Part shown: piece after piece, positions 25,977 through 38,083 of the stretch
Layout of the letters: each line of letters opens with the position of its first letter
Position numbering within the stretch: position 1 is the stretch's first letter
Assembly (NCBI GenBank): GCA_028534125.1
Contig: CM052845.1
Coordinates: 24,242,001-24,306,000 of the forward strand
Source of the DNA: Lama glama
Taxonomy: Eukaryota
Reading direction: 5' to 3'
Length of the DNA stretch: 64,000 nt
Position numbers and translations under genes: made by a program
Notes under the pieces: model-generated
What the model was told of the DNA's origin: nothing
The model's input: only the letters and a program-made list of their open reading frames with translations
Databases searched by the model: none

Positions 25977-27474
25977 GATGAGAAAAAAAGCTCGCAAAAC
26001 ACAGGAGCAGATGATGTCAAAGTTTTATAGACTTCTTCCCTTAAAGAGAATCCGTGTACTCCTGACTGCACTTCACGCGTGGCCCACACCACGTGGTCTT
26101 TTCTGAGCAAACCGCACAGGGACAGGACTGTAACTTCCTCTGGAAGCACGACGTCCACGTCAGAGGCACCGGTCTAGCCAAGGAGGGCTTGGCCCCTTCC
26201 AGCATCACTCAGTGTCTTCCCCCCCGGAAGACTCGCTCCGTCCCCGACAGGCTGTCACCCCACCCCGTGTTACTCATGTCACCGTATCAACCACCAGGAA
26301 TGTCTGTGAGTGAAAGTAACTATTTCGTAATTTTGTTTTCCCAAAGGATAGCATAATTAAGAAATCACCCTCAGGGCTTACGGTCCGCCACTAAAACCTT
26401 CACCAAACAAAATACGCTTGGCTCTTTGTAAAGATGCTTCGTGTGAATTAGTAAAATGACAAACCTGTACATAAGTCAGACTTATTTTTAGCAATTTTGC
26501 CCAGTAGGAAACCCGGAATCCTTAGCGCAAACGTCCACACTGGCCGGCTGGCCTCGCCAGGGCACTCCGCCTGCACGGTGGCAGGGGTGGGGCCACGTGC
26601 ACACTGAGGTGACAGCAAGGAAACACCACTTCCCTCGTCCCCGAAGCACATCCCGGGTTCCCAAACACTCGGGCAACACGGGGAGCGGATCTGACACAAC
26701 AGAAGCCACTCATCAGCGAGCGCGAGTTTCCATGTGTTAAATTCCCACACAAATCATTTAGGGAATCAGGGAAACCTCAGCTTGCGATGTATGGCAACCA
26801 GGTTCCTGCAGTTAAACTACTGGATGTCCCTCTGTAGCAGGAAGTCACCCCCGCCAACAAAAACAAAGGTGACTTCAGCCACAAGGCCCAGCTTCACATG
26901 GCTCACAGCACAAACCTCCTCCTGGGGCCTGGCATGAGGTCACCGCGGCAGGGAAACGGCTTCGTGAACACGAAGCTGACACGCAGTTCTGCAAAAACCG
27001 CCTTCATGCTGTTTTCCACGTCACTTCTTCACGACAACGGACGCACAGGCCGTGTATGGATGGGCACAGATAACAGTGCATGCGGACACCTGCGCTTTAA
27101 ATAGGGCTGTCTACGGTGGAACACCACATTCTGGAGGTAAAAGCCTGCTGAAGAGTGGCTCGTGTCCTTTTGGGGTCCTGGGTCCACGAGGACCTAGTCC
27201 ACCTGGGAGCCCCTTTCCTAAGAAGGTGCACATCGTCTAGCGCTCGCGACCCCCATGCCTCCCCACCGACCCTCCGTCAAGGGCCTCCTGGCAGAGGTTC
27301 CAGGAGACAAGAAACAAGCAGCGAGAGGGCGACGGCCACCAGCATGAAGGGGACAGCACGCACCAGGCGTGGCCACCGGCACAGAGCGGGCAGCGCGCAC
27401 CAGCACAGAGCGGAGCGGGCACCAGGCAGGGCCGCCAGCACGGAGGGGACAACGCGCGCCCGGCACGGCCGCAC

Positions 27475-27645
27475 CTTGCTCACGTAGCGCTCGTTGGCAG
27501 CCTTGGCTATCTGCCTGATCTCGCAGCGCCGGTCAGCGTCCCTCTTCCTCTCGTTCAGCTTCTCTGCCAGTGTCTCGAGCTCCGTCAGCGCCATCTGCAG
27601 GGGCAGCCGGTCGGGGTGGCCTCGGGACGTGTTCTTCAACATGTC
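27475..27645 (-). CDS. ARHGEF10: Exon 16, end of DH domain ([24 protein letters not shown]...ERYVSK)
   Basis: ctctgaaag| acceptor, CAAG|gtgcgg donor, 171 nt. Confidence 0.96.
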
Positions 27646-30220
27646 CTTTCAGAGAGACAGGGTGGAGGGGCCGTGTGACAGGCGTGGGGGCAGCGGGTGG
27701 TCCTTGCACCCCGGCCACGGCCGCAAACGGCCAGCGTGGGGGCAGCGCCGGCCCCTTCCGGGGAAGAGTGGAACGAGCCCCGGGGGAGGGACAGCAAGCA
27801 CGGTGACCTGGCCTGGCCGACACCTGAAGCTCCCTGTGTGAAAACAGCAGCGACTGATTAAACGGTGATGCAGACAGAGCCAGAGCCGCACGCATGTCCC
27901 AGCAGAGGACACCCCCGAAGCGCGCGTTCCCCGGCCCCAGAAATCTCTGCTCTCTGCTGACAGTCGGACTGCTGCCCCAGCTTGAGTCAGACCAGGGGCG
28001 CCAGGCCCCAGGCGGTCCAGGTGGGACACGGGAGCACCGCTGGCCCCCACCGCACCGGCCTCGGCTCACACGGCGGGCCTGCGTCCTGGGCCTCACGGCT
28101 CTGCGGGCCACGTGGCCCGGGCAGCGCACAGAGCACAGCTCGGCCACCGAGCAACGGCACCGCATGGGTCAAATTCGGAGTCAGCTCTCCAGAGAGACAG
28201 CCAAGTGCCAGGCCACGTCACCTGCCGACTTCGCAGAAGGAGGGCAGGCGAGACTGGGCCTCCCTCCGCGTGCTTCCACCCGTCCGCCCCCCGGGATCTG
28301 TGCCATGCCCTCATCCCTTTAAACCTCTTGTTCTTTCCAGTCTGAAAAGAACTTGCATCATGATCACTCGTTTCCTGTTGCAGTGAACAGTATCTCTTGT
28401 TCCAGGCGACTGTTTCCCTGTGAATCATGTCAAACCCCATCAAGGCGACGTGAAGTATCGTCAAAGGAAGCCCTGTACCATCATAGCCCACAGGCAGTGC
28501 CGGCCAGGCCCTGGGGCCGTCAGCAGCATGAGCACCGCACAGAACCGGGCCGTGTGCTGGCGCTCCCAGACCGCCGCTTGTTCTGGCACATGCGGGAGGG
28601 AAGGGCCTGGGATAAAGACAAAGCCTTCTGGGGCCACGTGTTAGAGTCCGGCAGGCACCGAGGGGCCAGGGACATGGCCGTAGGGTCACAGTGACCACAG
28701 GTAATGGGCCCCTGAGCTAAGGAGGTTCAGGTGTGGTGAGGACCAGAGAACAGAGGCACAAGAGGCAGGGGAGCGGCTGGCGGGGCTGAGAAGTGGAGGA
28801 AGGGTGCACTGTCCCCTGCCGCCACCCCCTCCAGCCCCTCCACCGCACACTCAGAGCTCAGGGACGGAGGGCACCTGCCCCGTCTTCCAGTGGGTCCTGC
28901 GAGGCGGGGACCCCGGGCACATCCCCACAACCATCTCTTAGGTAACCTGTCTGAGCCCCGCCCCCATGAGTGCGCATGCTCAGGAAGCAGAAAGGCCGGA
29001 GGGCCCGCCCCGCGGGGCACCTGCTCAGGCTGACCTGGGACCAGCAGCCTGGATGCTGCCCTGCCGTCAAGTCATCGTGAAGACTGTTCTCTGCCGGGAG
29101 AGCTGGGCAGGCGCCCAGGTGGGGCGGGAGCGGGCAGAGGGGATGGGCCACGTGGGAAGCACTGGGGAGCCCAGAGAGGACCAGGGCGAGCAGACGCATC
29201 TGCTCAAGAGGACGCGGCCTTCAGCCAAACCGAGTTCTGATCCTGACTTTCCATCTACTCCTGCCCAGCAAATCGAATCATTTGGGAATAAGCAAAAACA
29301 AGGATACGGGGAAAGCGAGCAGGACTCTCCCAAAAACCACCTTCTAAAATCTGGAACCACGCGATGGGTGGGCAGTGTGTCCGCAAGTCGTCCCCGTGGC
29401 TGGGGACGTTCACTGTCCATCTTCAACCAGTATCAATGGCCAGGCAGCTAAGCAAAGTCGCTTGATTTAATGAGAGATGGGAGCTGAGTGGTCACTGAGA
29501 AACCTGCGTGGGCAGAGGCCACGGGGGACCCTCCCAGGACATCAGCACTCCCGATGCCCCACGTCCACCTACGCAGCCAGGTTAGCGCTGACCCTGCCCG
29601 GTGTCTGGGCCCCGGGCCCCGGGAGACCGAGCTGCACCCAGCAGGGGAGGGCCTTCCTGGTGTGACGTCTTGTATCTGCACTCAAACCAGCCTCCTCTGT
29701 AAACCAGCACCTGCATCTAGCTGAGAAGGCAGCCTAAAAAGCCGCTGGGCGGGGAAATCGGGAAACCCTCCTTCACAGACCTCCCCCACTCGGGCCGCGT
29801 ACGGGCTCCGTCAACCACGGTCAGTTCGCGTAAGTCCTGGCACAGGTTCCTGAGCCACCCCCCACCCCAACCCCAGGCACACGCCTGACCCCAGAGCGAG
29901 ACCCTGGACCTTCCGGCACCCCCCCCCCCGCCTGGTGACCGTGTGCAGCCCGCCCCCCACTGGTGTCTGAAGTGGGGGCCATCTCCTGGGACGGAGCCCC
30001 TCCCTGCGGGGTCCAACATTCTTCTGGGGGCGTTTTGACCTTGTTCAGCAGGTTGGGGTCCCCAGAGCCCACCCCACCCCCCGGCAGTCACCTCATGTCA
30101 CTGCTCAGAGGAGAGGAGGGGCCGAGAGCCTGCTGTCGGCAAGAGGAGACGCTCATTCAGGCCAGGCCGGCCCACCTCCGAGCCGGTGAGGAGCGCGGAC
30201 GGGCGCGCAGAGGGGCGTAC

Positions 30221-30313
30221 CTGGAGCAGCAGGATGAACTGAGGGAACCTCTGTATGGGCTTCATCATCAGGCTGTAGAGCGTGACGCGGTCGGGGCTGG
30301 ACTCCTGGCACTG
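30221..30313 (-). CDS. ARHGEF10: Exon 15, DH domain ([31 protein letters not shown])
   Basis: ctcccgcag|CAG acceptor (NAGNAG), CCAG|gtacgc donor, 93 nt. Confidence 0.96.
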
Positions 30314-31195
30314 CTGCGGGAGACGGGCACTCACTCGTGCGCGGACATGGCCGGCCGGGGGCACCCACGCCTGCCTGCGCTGCAGGCCTGCTCCAAAACA
30401 GCCTCCGCACCTCGCACCTCACACGCACACGGGTGCACCTGCGTCCACAGGGCGCCCTGCCTGGCCTCCTGGCCACAGCCTTCCCCGGTCTTCACTCTGG
30501 GTTTGAGAGCCACCTCTGACTGCTGGACAGTGCTCGCACTTGGGATCTGATCTCAGCCCTCTGAGGGCTAAGTAAGCTTCTGAGGTTCTACACCCACAGG
30601 AAAAGTGCAGTTCTCCCCCCAAAAAGTCACAGAATCCTGAATCAGAGCTGCAAGGGCCCTTGAAAGCAGCGGGCCCCACATGTCGGGGGCGAACCCTCCC
30701 TGCTGCCGGGGCTCATCCTGCGCTGGGCCAGACCTCCCCATCGGAGGCTTCGCTCAGCCGTGCAGAGGGTGGGCAGCCCCGCCCCGCTCCCAACATCAGA
30801 GGAGGCCCCAAGCCCAGGAGCCTCACCAGCCATGTGGGGCTCGGCCTCGCTGCCCGACGCCCAGAGCACCGCGGAGCCCTCCAACCCAGACCCCGAACGC
30901 CACGCCCTGCTCCCCCCAGCGCTGTGCTGAAGGCCGGAAGCAAAAGGCCACCCACACACTTCCAAGGACGTGCAAATAACGGTTATTTTCAAAAAGCTAC
31001 GTTACCACTAGAAATTCACCTTTATTTCTAGCACTGATCCAAGACCTGGGGTCCTGATGGTGCTAAAATCTTTATAATAAACAACATTCTACTTGTAGAG
31101 GCAAAAGGTTTGGGAAATTTTCATTAGGAAGCACTCTGACATGGGACCTCTTATCAGAAGGTATTAAAACCCCCCAACTTTTTTTAAGTGCTTAC

Positions 31196-31312
31196 CTTTA
31201 AAAATTCAAGAAAAGCAGGTTTTGTAGCACACGTTTTCTTAAGGATTGCCACCGCTGTGCTAAAATTATTCACATATTCACTGTAAGCATCCAGCACCAT
31301 GGACTTGGAAAA
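31196..31312 (-). CDS. ARHGEF10: Exon 14, DH domain ([17 protein letters not shown]...AFLEFLK)
   Basis: gtatttcag| acceptor, AAAG|gtaagc donor, 117 nt. Confidence 0.96.
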
Positions 31313-31712
31313 CTGAAATACAGGAGGAAATTGAGAAGCATAAACAACGTAGAGTCCAAACGCCCCCTTCCCGAGCTTGTCACAAAATACTGAATCCCGC
31401 ACCAGCGACGACCCTCAGCCACCGACGTTCTCACAGGATAAACTTTGTTAGGCTGTGTGATCGCTTTTTGCTTTGAACAAACTTGCTAGGAGTTGTTAAA
31501 TGGCTGGTTCTCTCACTGTGCCGCCCCCAGGGCACTTTGGCATCCCTGCTCCAAACCATGGCGCCGCGGGTCTCAGTTAAGGACTTGTCCTGACGACGGA
31601 CGTCTAAAGACATGGCTACCGACATCTTTCCTTAACTTCCTGCCAACAGTGGGCACTCCGATCTCACCTCCAGGTGAGAGGCAGCAGGGAGGGATGGAAG
31701 GGGCCGGCTTAC

Positions 31713-31892
31713 CGAGGCCACGAAGACGTCTCCGATCATCTCCACGGAGTCCCACTCGGCCACGCGGCTGGCCAGCGCCATCTGGAACAGGCAGTGGCAC
31801 TGCAGGACCTCCTTGACCCGGTAGAACACGGTCCGCAGCTTCCTCTCGCTCAGCATCTTGGGCTCCATCTCGGACAGCGGCCTCTCATATTG
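31713..31892 (-). CDS. ARHGEF10: Exon 13, DH domain ([12 protein letters not shown]...IGDVFVAS)
   Basis: cctcccag| acceptor, CTCG|gtaagc donor, 180 nt. Confidence 0.96.
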
Positions 31893-32122
31893 CTGGGAGG
31901 GGGCAGGGACGGCACGGGTGCTCGCACGGCCCCCAAGAGCCGCAGACAGGCCCCCGTGCGAGTCACACTTACGGCAAAGCAAGTCCCCCCACCACTGAGG
32001 TCAGCACACATGCGGCTCTTAGACCGTTTTGAGAATTCTGCAAACGAGTACTTTACGGTTCACACATGTCAACGTACATACGTAACAAAACAAACGCACT
32101 GCATAGCGAGGCACTTCCGTAC

Positions 32123-32200
32123 CTCCAGGATCCTCTTTAGAGCATCCACATAGTTCTTCTCACTGTCGACCACGGAGCCCAGAATGTACCTTCTCACCAC
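32123..32200 (-). CDS. ARHGEF10: Exon 12, start of DH domain (VVRRYILGSVVDSEKNYVDALKRILE)
   Basis: cccgacag| acceptor, GGAG|gtacgg donor, 78 nt. Confidence 0.96.
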
Positions 32201-34340
32201 CTGTCGGGATTTGAAAGCACGATGGTCGAAAACGGCCTCAGAAGACAACAGATCAATTTTACTTCTATGTTGACGCAAGTTGATAAAGAAGTTTTTGTTT
32301 TCAAAACAGTAGGTCAGCGAAACCTCCCAAGGCCTTAAAGTATTTTAGATGATGTGTTAACTAACTCCCACGCTGGGCACAAATGCACTTCCCCCATCAC
32401 CTCAATTTTGTTGTGTATTTTTAACCCTCAAATTATAAACTGTAACCACAGCAGGAGAATTAAGTTGTAGCATTAATAACGGTTTTACTCACTTATCCAG
32501 TGACAATGAACCGAATTAATTGATAGCATTTTAAGTGTCCAGCATGGAGTTACGCAGTATTTCGCGGATGCACTAAGTATTAAAATACACAGTTCCAGTC
32601 TTGACTCAGAGAATGATGTCAGTAACACTAATCTAAAATCATTCCAAAGTTACTTTAAAAAAAAAAAAGCCTTTGGAAGGTGGAGGCACAGCTCACCTCC
32701 GAGGCTGAGGACATGTGAGTGAGTTACCCGTGCCATTTCCAGCTGCAAAAGGTCCTCTACCGTCTGGGATCCTTGATTGCAAATGGTGACAACACTGGGT
32801 TTACTTCTCGTTACTGAAGCACACGCAGGCACAAATTCCTAACCCAACCCACACCCACAGGCACCCCGGCCGCAGTCCGCGGCGGGGAGACTCATTTCAG
32901 AACCACGATGCCCCCTGGCGGCAGAGGGTGCCCCTTCCACGGGAGACGCCTCCAGTCCCCACTCCAGGCTCGGACACCGAGGGACCGACTCCTTTCTTTA
33001 CAAGAAAGGCTGTTTCATTCACAGAATTAAGGCAAAAATCAACCCTTCTGGGGTCCTTGAGGAAGAAAGTGACATAAAGGGTTGTCAAGACTAAAACACA
33101 AGCGCACACACACCGCCCTCCTGCGGCTGACTCCCAGCACGGTCGGCCCACAGGCCCGCGCTCTGAAACGAGGGTGAGACCCCACGACCGGGATGCGCCC
33201 CACACTGCAGACGGTCAAATCCAGGCCGCCTCCTCCCCAAACCCAGAGTCCCAGACACCACCCCAAGTCTGGACTCAGGGTATCTGGGGGGCTGGGGGAT
33301 CCAACCTAGGAATTAAATGTATTTAAAGTCCTGAGATGACACCAATGTGTTAGGTCGAAGGACCTGGAACTGCTATGAAGACAACTGGAAAACACAAAGT
33401 GAAACCAGCCAGCTACCGGGATCTCACGGCCGCTGCAGGCAGGTCAGCAGGTGGACAGCGCGCCCAGTGCAGGTTCCCAGGCTCAGTCTTCCGAGACCCC
33501 CACCCGAAGGTTGTGGGGAGAACTCAGCCCCGGGACAGGCTCTCCTGCAAAGCCATCAGCGTGGAGGTCTCGGGTCTCGGGGCTGGAGGAGGAGGGAGCA
33601 GCCCGCCTGTCCCCGGACTGGAGGCCCTTCAGCATCAAGGCTGCTTCAAAATGAACACCCACGCAGGAAGTAAAGGGGGCTGTCTGGATAGGCGCGTGAA
33701 GACTGCTAGATACCCTGCACTTTTCCTGACAGTTATGGGGCCTTATTTCAACTTTGGAAGAAATTAAAAAGAGCGTCAACATCCTGGTTTAATCTTTTAA
33801 GAGAAACTCCTGTGAGAACCGGCAGTTACCAGCGGGAAAGACGTGGCCTCTGTGAGCCGCGCGGTGGAGGAAGCGAGCTGGGGGGGGCAAGCACAGAAGC
33901 CGAAGCACAAGTCAGAGCCCAGCTGCCGCCTGCTCCGCGCGGAGGGCGCCTGCGAGGTGCCTGGAAGAGCCCGGCCCGCACCACGTCAGAGTCCTGATAC
34001 GCCACAAGGGAGACGCAGGGGGTACAGCGTCCCCGCTTCACAGAGGAGGACAGCACACAGACAGAGCCACCCGCCCCACCAGAGTCTCCCGGTGCCGCAG
34101 TGCCGGGGTCGGAACAGGTCTGTGGACGCCTTCCGGGGCGACCTTTCCCGACCTGGACACACCCGTCCTAGCTGTTACCACCCAGCCCTCTGGGGGAGAC
34201 CACAGACCAGCAGGCGTGAGTGTCTGTTAGGGCCCTCCAGGCTCGAAACACTGTCTCCTGACCGACCCTCACCACCCCTCACTGCCCCCAAGTCCAGGCT
34301 CGGACAGTGACTCCAAGTGGTCACTGTGCCTCTGGCCCAC

Positions 34341-34456
34341 CCGAGCCCCCATCTCTGCACGGCCAGCTGCCCCGTCCACGGCCCTCCCCGTGGTGCTCCC
34401 GGCCCATCCGAGCCCATCTCCACACAGCTGGCCCCCCTCGTGGTGCTCCCGGCCCG
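34341..34456. repeat. Imperfect tandem duplication sharing ccgagccc..atctc...cagctg and cgtggtgctcccggccc
   Basis: Visible directly. Confidence 0.65.
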
Positions 34457-35181
34457 GGGGCTCTGCTGCACATCGTGCCACACGACACCATGTCATCCAA
34501 GAACAGGGCCTGGCTGCAGGGGCCCCAAAGGTGGGCACGTCCCAGCCAGAGGCCCCCCGGCGAGGTCGAGGGCATTTTCCAGCAGTCAGCTCCCTTTTCA
34601 AACTTGTGAGGCTCAACCAGGTGCATGAGCCACGAAGCAGAACCACGAGCGGGGCCAGCAGAGCCCCGTCCCCGCCGGCATGGGGGCCACATTTCAGACC
34701 CGGGAGCGTGCAGGAGGCGGAGGACGCAGGATGCGGAAGGAGCTGGACGCAGCCACGCCATCTCATGGGCCACCCCACCACACGGGCCACCCCGACCATG
34801 ACCTCCTCTGGGCCCGGCGTCCCCCTCTCCCCGGAGGACGTGCAAGGATTACACGAGGTGAAGTGGGGGGGGGGGCTCACAGGCTATCTGAGGTGTCCCC
34901 TGCCTTCCACTCATTTCCACGGTTACACTGGGGGTGGTACTCGAAATCTACGGCCCGGATGCTGGAGCCCAGAACACAGCTCCTGACCAGGCCCCGGAGG
35001 CCACAGCTGCACGGTTAGCCCCTTCCTTGCTGGACCAGGAGAGGCCCATGGAGGGGCCCAGGTGGATGGAGCGACCAGGAGTTTGTGACAGCAGGTGATC
35101 CCCAGCGGCACGTGAACAGCCAGCCCAGCTGCTCTGGCTAAAAATAAGTCACAAAGCGGAGCAGCAGCCCAGCTCGCCCAC

Positions 35182-35291
35182 CTGCTGCTGAGATAAGCCT
35201 TCAGGCATCGGGGTCAGGACGGCTTCCGGGTGCCTGCAGTCCACGTCGATAAAGACGTTCTGCTCCTCCTCCTCCAGACAGGACCTGTGAT
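35182..35291 (-). CDS. ARHGEF10: Exon 11 (DHRSCLEEEEQNVFIDVDCRHPEAVLTPMPEGLSQQQ)
   Basis: gtctttaag| acceptor, GCAG|gtgggc donor, 110 nt. Confidence 0.94.
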
Positions 35292-35899
35292 CTTAAAGAC
35301 AGACAGAACGTGCTCGTTGGACGTGGAAACAGCACCTTTCTAACAGCACAGCCAAGGTCGCCGCCGACGCCTCGGGCAGACAAAGCCAAGAAAACTCCCT
35401 TCCCGCAAGAGCGGCGCAGCATCTGTCGGTGTTTGAAATTCTCAATGCTCGGCGTGTAACTTCCAGATAGATGCGTCATTCGAGTACCTAGACGGTAAAG
35501 CAGGAATACGCATTTCAGCCTTTTCATCTGCAGAACGCCAGCCAGGAACAAAGACAGGCAGCCAGGAACGACTGAGCGCCGACCCTCGGTCAGCGAGACC
35601 TTTCTGGCTGTCGGCCCTCCTCACCAGAAATCTGAAAAGGAACCACTCTCCCAGAGTCAAAACTTCTGGCCAAAGCGAACCTCATTTCTAAAGACTTAGA
35701 TGCAGCTAAACAATCCAAAGCATCCACGAAAAGGCTGGAGAACCAGAAACGCACAGCGGTCCTCAGGTGACAAGAACCCTGAGGCCGCCCCACTCGAAGA
35801 CACAAAACCCTAGAGAAGAAAGCTGCCTGGGAGCTTTCAAAACCCACCGCGCCTCCACACCAAGGAGAACGGCTGGGACTCAGGACCCCGACGGCGCCA

Positions 35900-36660
35900 C
35901 GTGCTGCTGAGGACGTGGGGCGCAGGATGGCGCGGCCACTCTGGGAGACCGTCCGGGGGGCCCTGCACAACCAAACACGCTCTCACCCTGTGACCCAGCA
36001 GTCATGCTCCTGGGGATTTTCCCGAAGGAGCTGAAACCTTACGTCCACTCGAAAACCTGCACACGCACGTTTCCAGTGCTTTTACCCGTAACTGCCAAAA
36101 CGTGGATGCAACCAGGACGCCCCTCAGCAGGTGAACGGATAAATAAGCCGCGGACCAGGACCATCCAGACGATGCGACACTATTCAGCTCAAGAGAAATG
36201 AGCTGTCCAGCCGTGGAAAGACGAGGAAGAACTTTAAAGGCACACGACTCATCGGAAGAATCCAATCTGAAAAGGCCACACGTGTGACTCCAACTGTGAG
36301 AACATCCTGGAGAAGCTAAAACCCTGGAGACGTAAGATCAGCGGCTGTCAGGGGCTGGGGTTCGCGACGGATGAGCAGTGGAGCACAGAGCGTTTTCGCT
36401 GTGACGCCACGTGGTGGACACAAGTCATTGTGCCATCTGTCCAAACCCACAGAACGGACACCACCAGGAGTGCCCCCAGCGTAAACCACGGGCTCGGGGT
36501 GACGGGGACGTGTCCACAAGCTCACAGCTGTGACAAGTGGACCGTCTAGGGGGTGCTGATGGCGGGGGAGGCTGTGCGGGGAGGACGGGGACACGGGGCA
36601 TCTCTGGACTCCTCACTCAGTTTTGCTGTGAACCTAAAATTGCTCTAAATTATGCTCTTT
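35900..36660 (+). mobile_element. Decayed LINE-1 3' end (L1MC-like); boundaries approximate
   Basis: tgtgacccagcagtcatgctcctggggattt...ccaatctgaaaaggccaca...ttttgctgtgaacctaaaattgctctaaa plus A tail. Confidence 0.8.
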
Positions 36661-37968
36661 AAAAAAACCCAGAACGTCCCAGTGTCCAGACCCCGCTCGA
36701 GACTCGCAGACGGCCTGAGCGGCGGTGGGCCTGCGCGCCTGGTTCCTGCCTGGGCACCTCCAGGGCCCAGAACCACGAGTTAGCCCAGTCTCCCCGTTTC
36801 GCAGCTCAGGGAACCAGGGCCACGGGGTTTGGGGTGTGTGTATCGCGCTGCCAACCAGGGATGACCCTTCCCGCTCCCCCACTCTCCCCAGGCCCGCCCC
36901 TCGTCCTGTCCCAGGGACCTCGTTCGCCTGCAGATCCTGCTCCAGGGGTCTAGGGTGGACCCATGTCGGCACTTGTGACTAGACCCCGGAACCAGGGCCC
37001 CAAACCCCAGCCTCTGCCCTTCTCGGGCTCTGCCTGTGTGTCCCCCACAAAGGGTCCCCTCCGGAACACACGGGCTGCAGCCACCTCACTGCCATCTCGC
37101 TCCCCGGACAAACCTTGTCTTGTGTTAAGAGGCTCACAACTGCACAAGGATTAGCACTTCTTTAAAGGCCTCGGTAGTTCCAGCTGCGATTACAGATGGT
37201 CTCCCTGGGCCATTCCCCGAGGAAGCACAGGGTCTCAGAGTCCTCTCCAAGCACCGTGATTAGCAAATGCCGCTCTGAGCCGGCACCGGATTTGCACCTT
37301 AGAAGCTCGTAGGAACAACACAGGAACGCGCCATTAGAGGACCCAGTCGGAGTCACAGCGCCTCCGTGTGACACAGAGCCTCCCCTACCGCCTAGCGAGG
37401 CGCCCACCGAAACGCCCTCACACGCCAGCGATCCTTGGCCCGGAGCCGCGGCCCAGACGGCCCGTCCTCTGACACGCACACAGCTCGGGCTGCTGCCCTT
37501 ACTGAAATTTCACAAACCCTGACAATTCTGACCTCACTCCGGGCGCCTCTCACCAGAACAAGTCCCTGCAGTCCTGCTTTGAGCCTGCCCTCCTCAGCCT
37601 CCCCGGGCGGTAAACACAGCATCGTCATGATCATCATGAACAAGACTGCGAAGAATCCACGCCTGATTGGGGTCTCTGGGGACCCAAGGGGACGAGGGTG
37701 GGAGGACCCGTCCCCCAAGGAGCACCATGCATCCAGCTGCTGAGGGAGACGGTAAAAGGGAAGTGGATCCCCGCCCGCGAGAAGTCGGTGAACTTCCTGC
37801 AGCTGGTGGACCCCCCGGAGGAAGTCCCAGATGCCTGGTGCCCACAGGTACCTGCAGCCGAGGCCACAGACCCTGCCCCATGTGCTGGGAGGAGGCCGTG
37901 CGCCGCCAGCACATGCAGGACTGAGGAGGGGGCGACACCCAGGGGACCCCGTGCGCGAGCCTGCGGAC

Positions 37969-38083
37969 CTGCAGAGACGAAGGACTTGGTCCTGATGAAG
38001 GAGCGGCCCCGCTTCACCGCAGCCTTGGTCCGCTCCAGCCCGTCCTTAGTGCCTTCCCTCGCCGCCCTCATGAGCTTCTGCAT
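37969..38083 (-). CDS. ARHGEF10: Exon 10 (MQKLMRAAREGTKDGLERTKAAVKRGRSFIRTKSFVSA)
   Basis: tttccgcag| acceptor; weak donor GCAG|gtccgc; 115 nt, phase 0-1. Confidence 0.9.
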
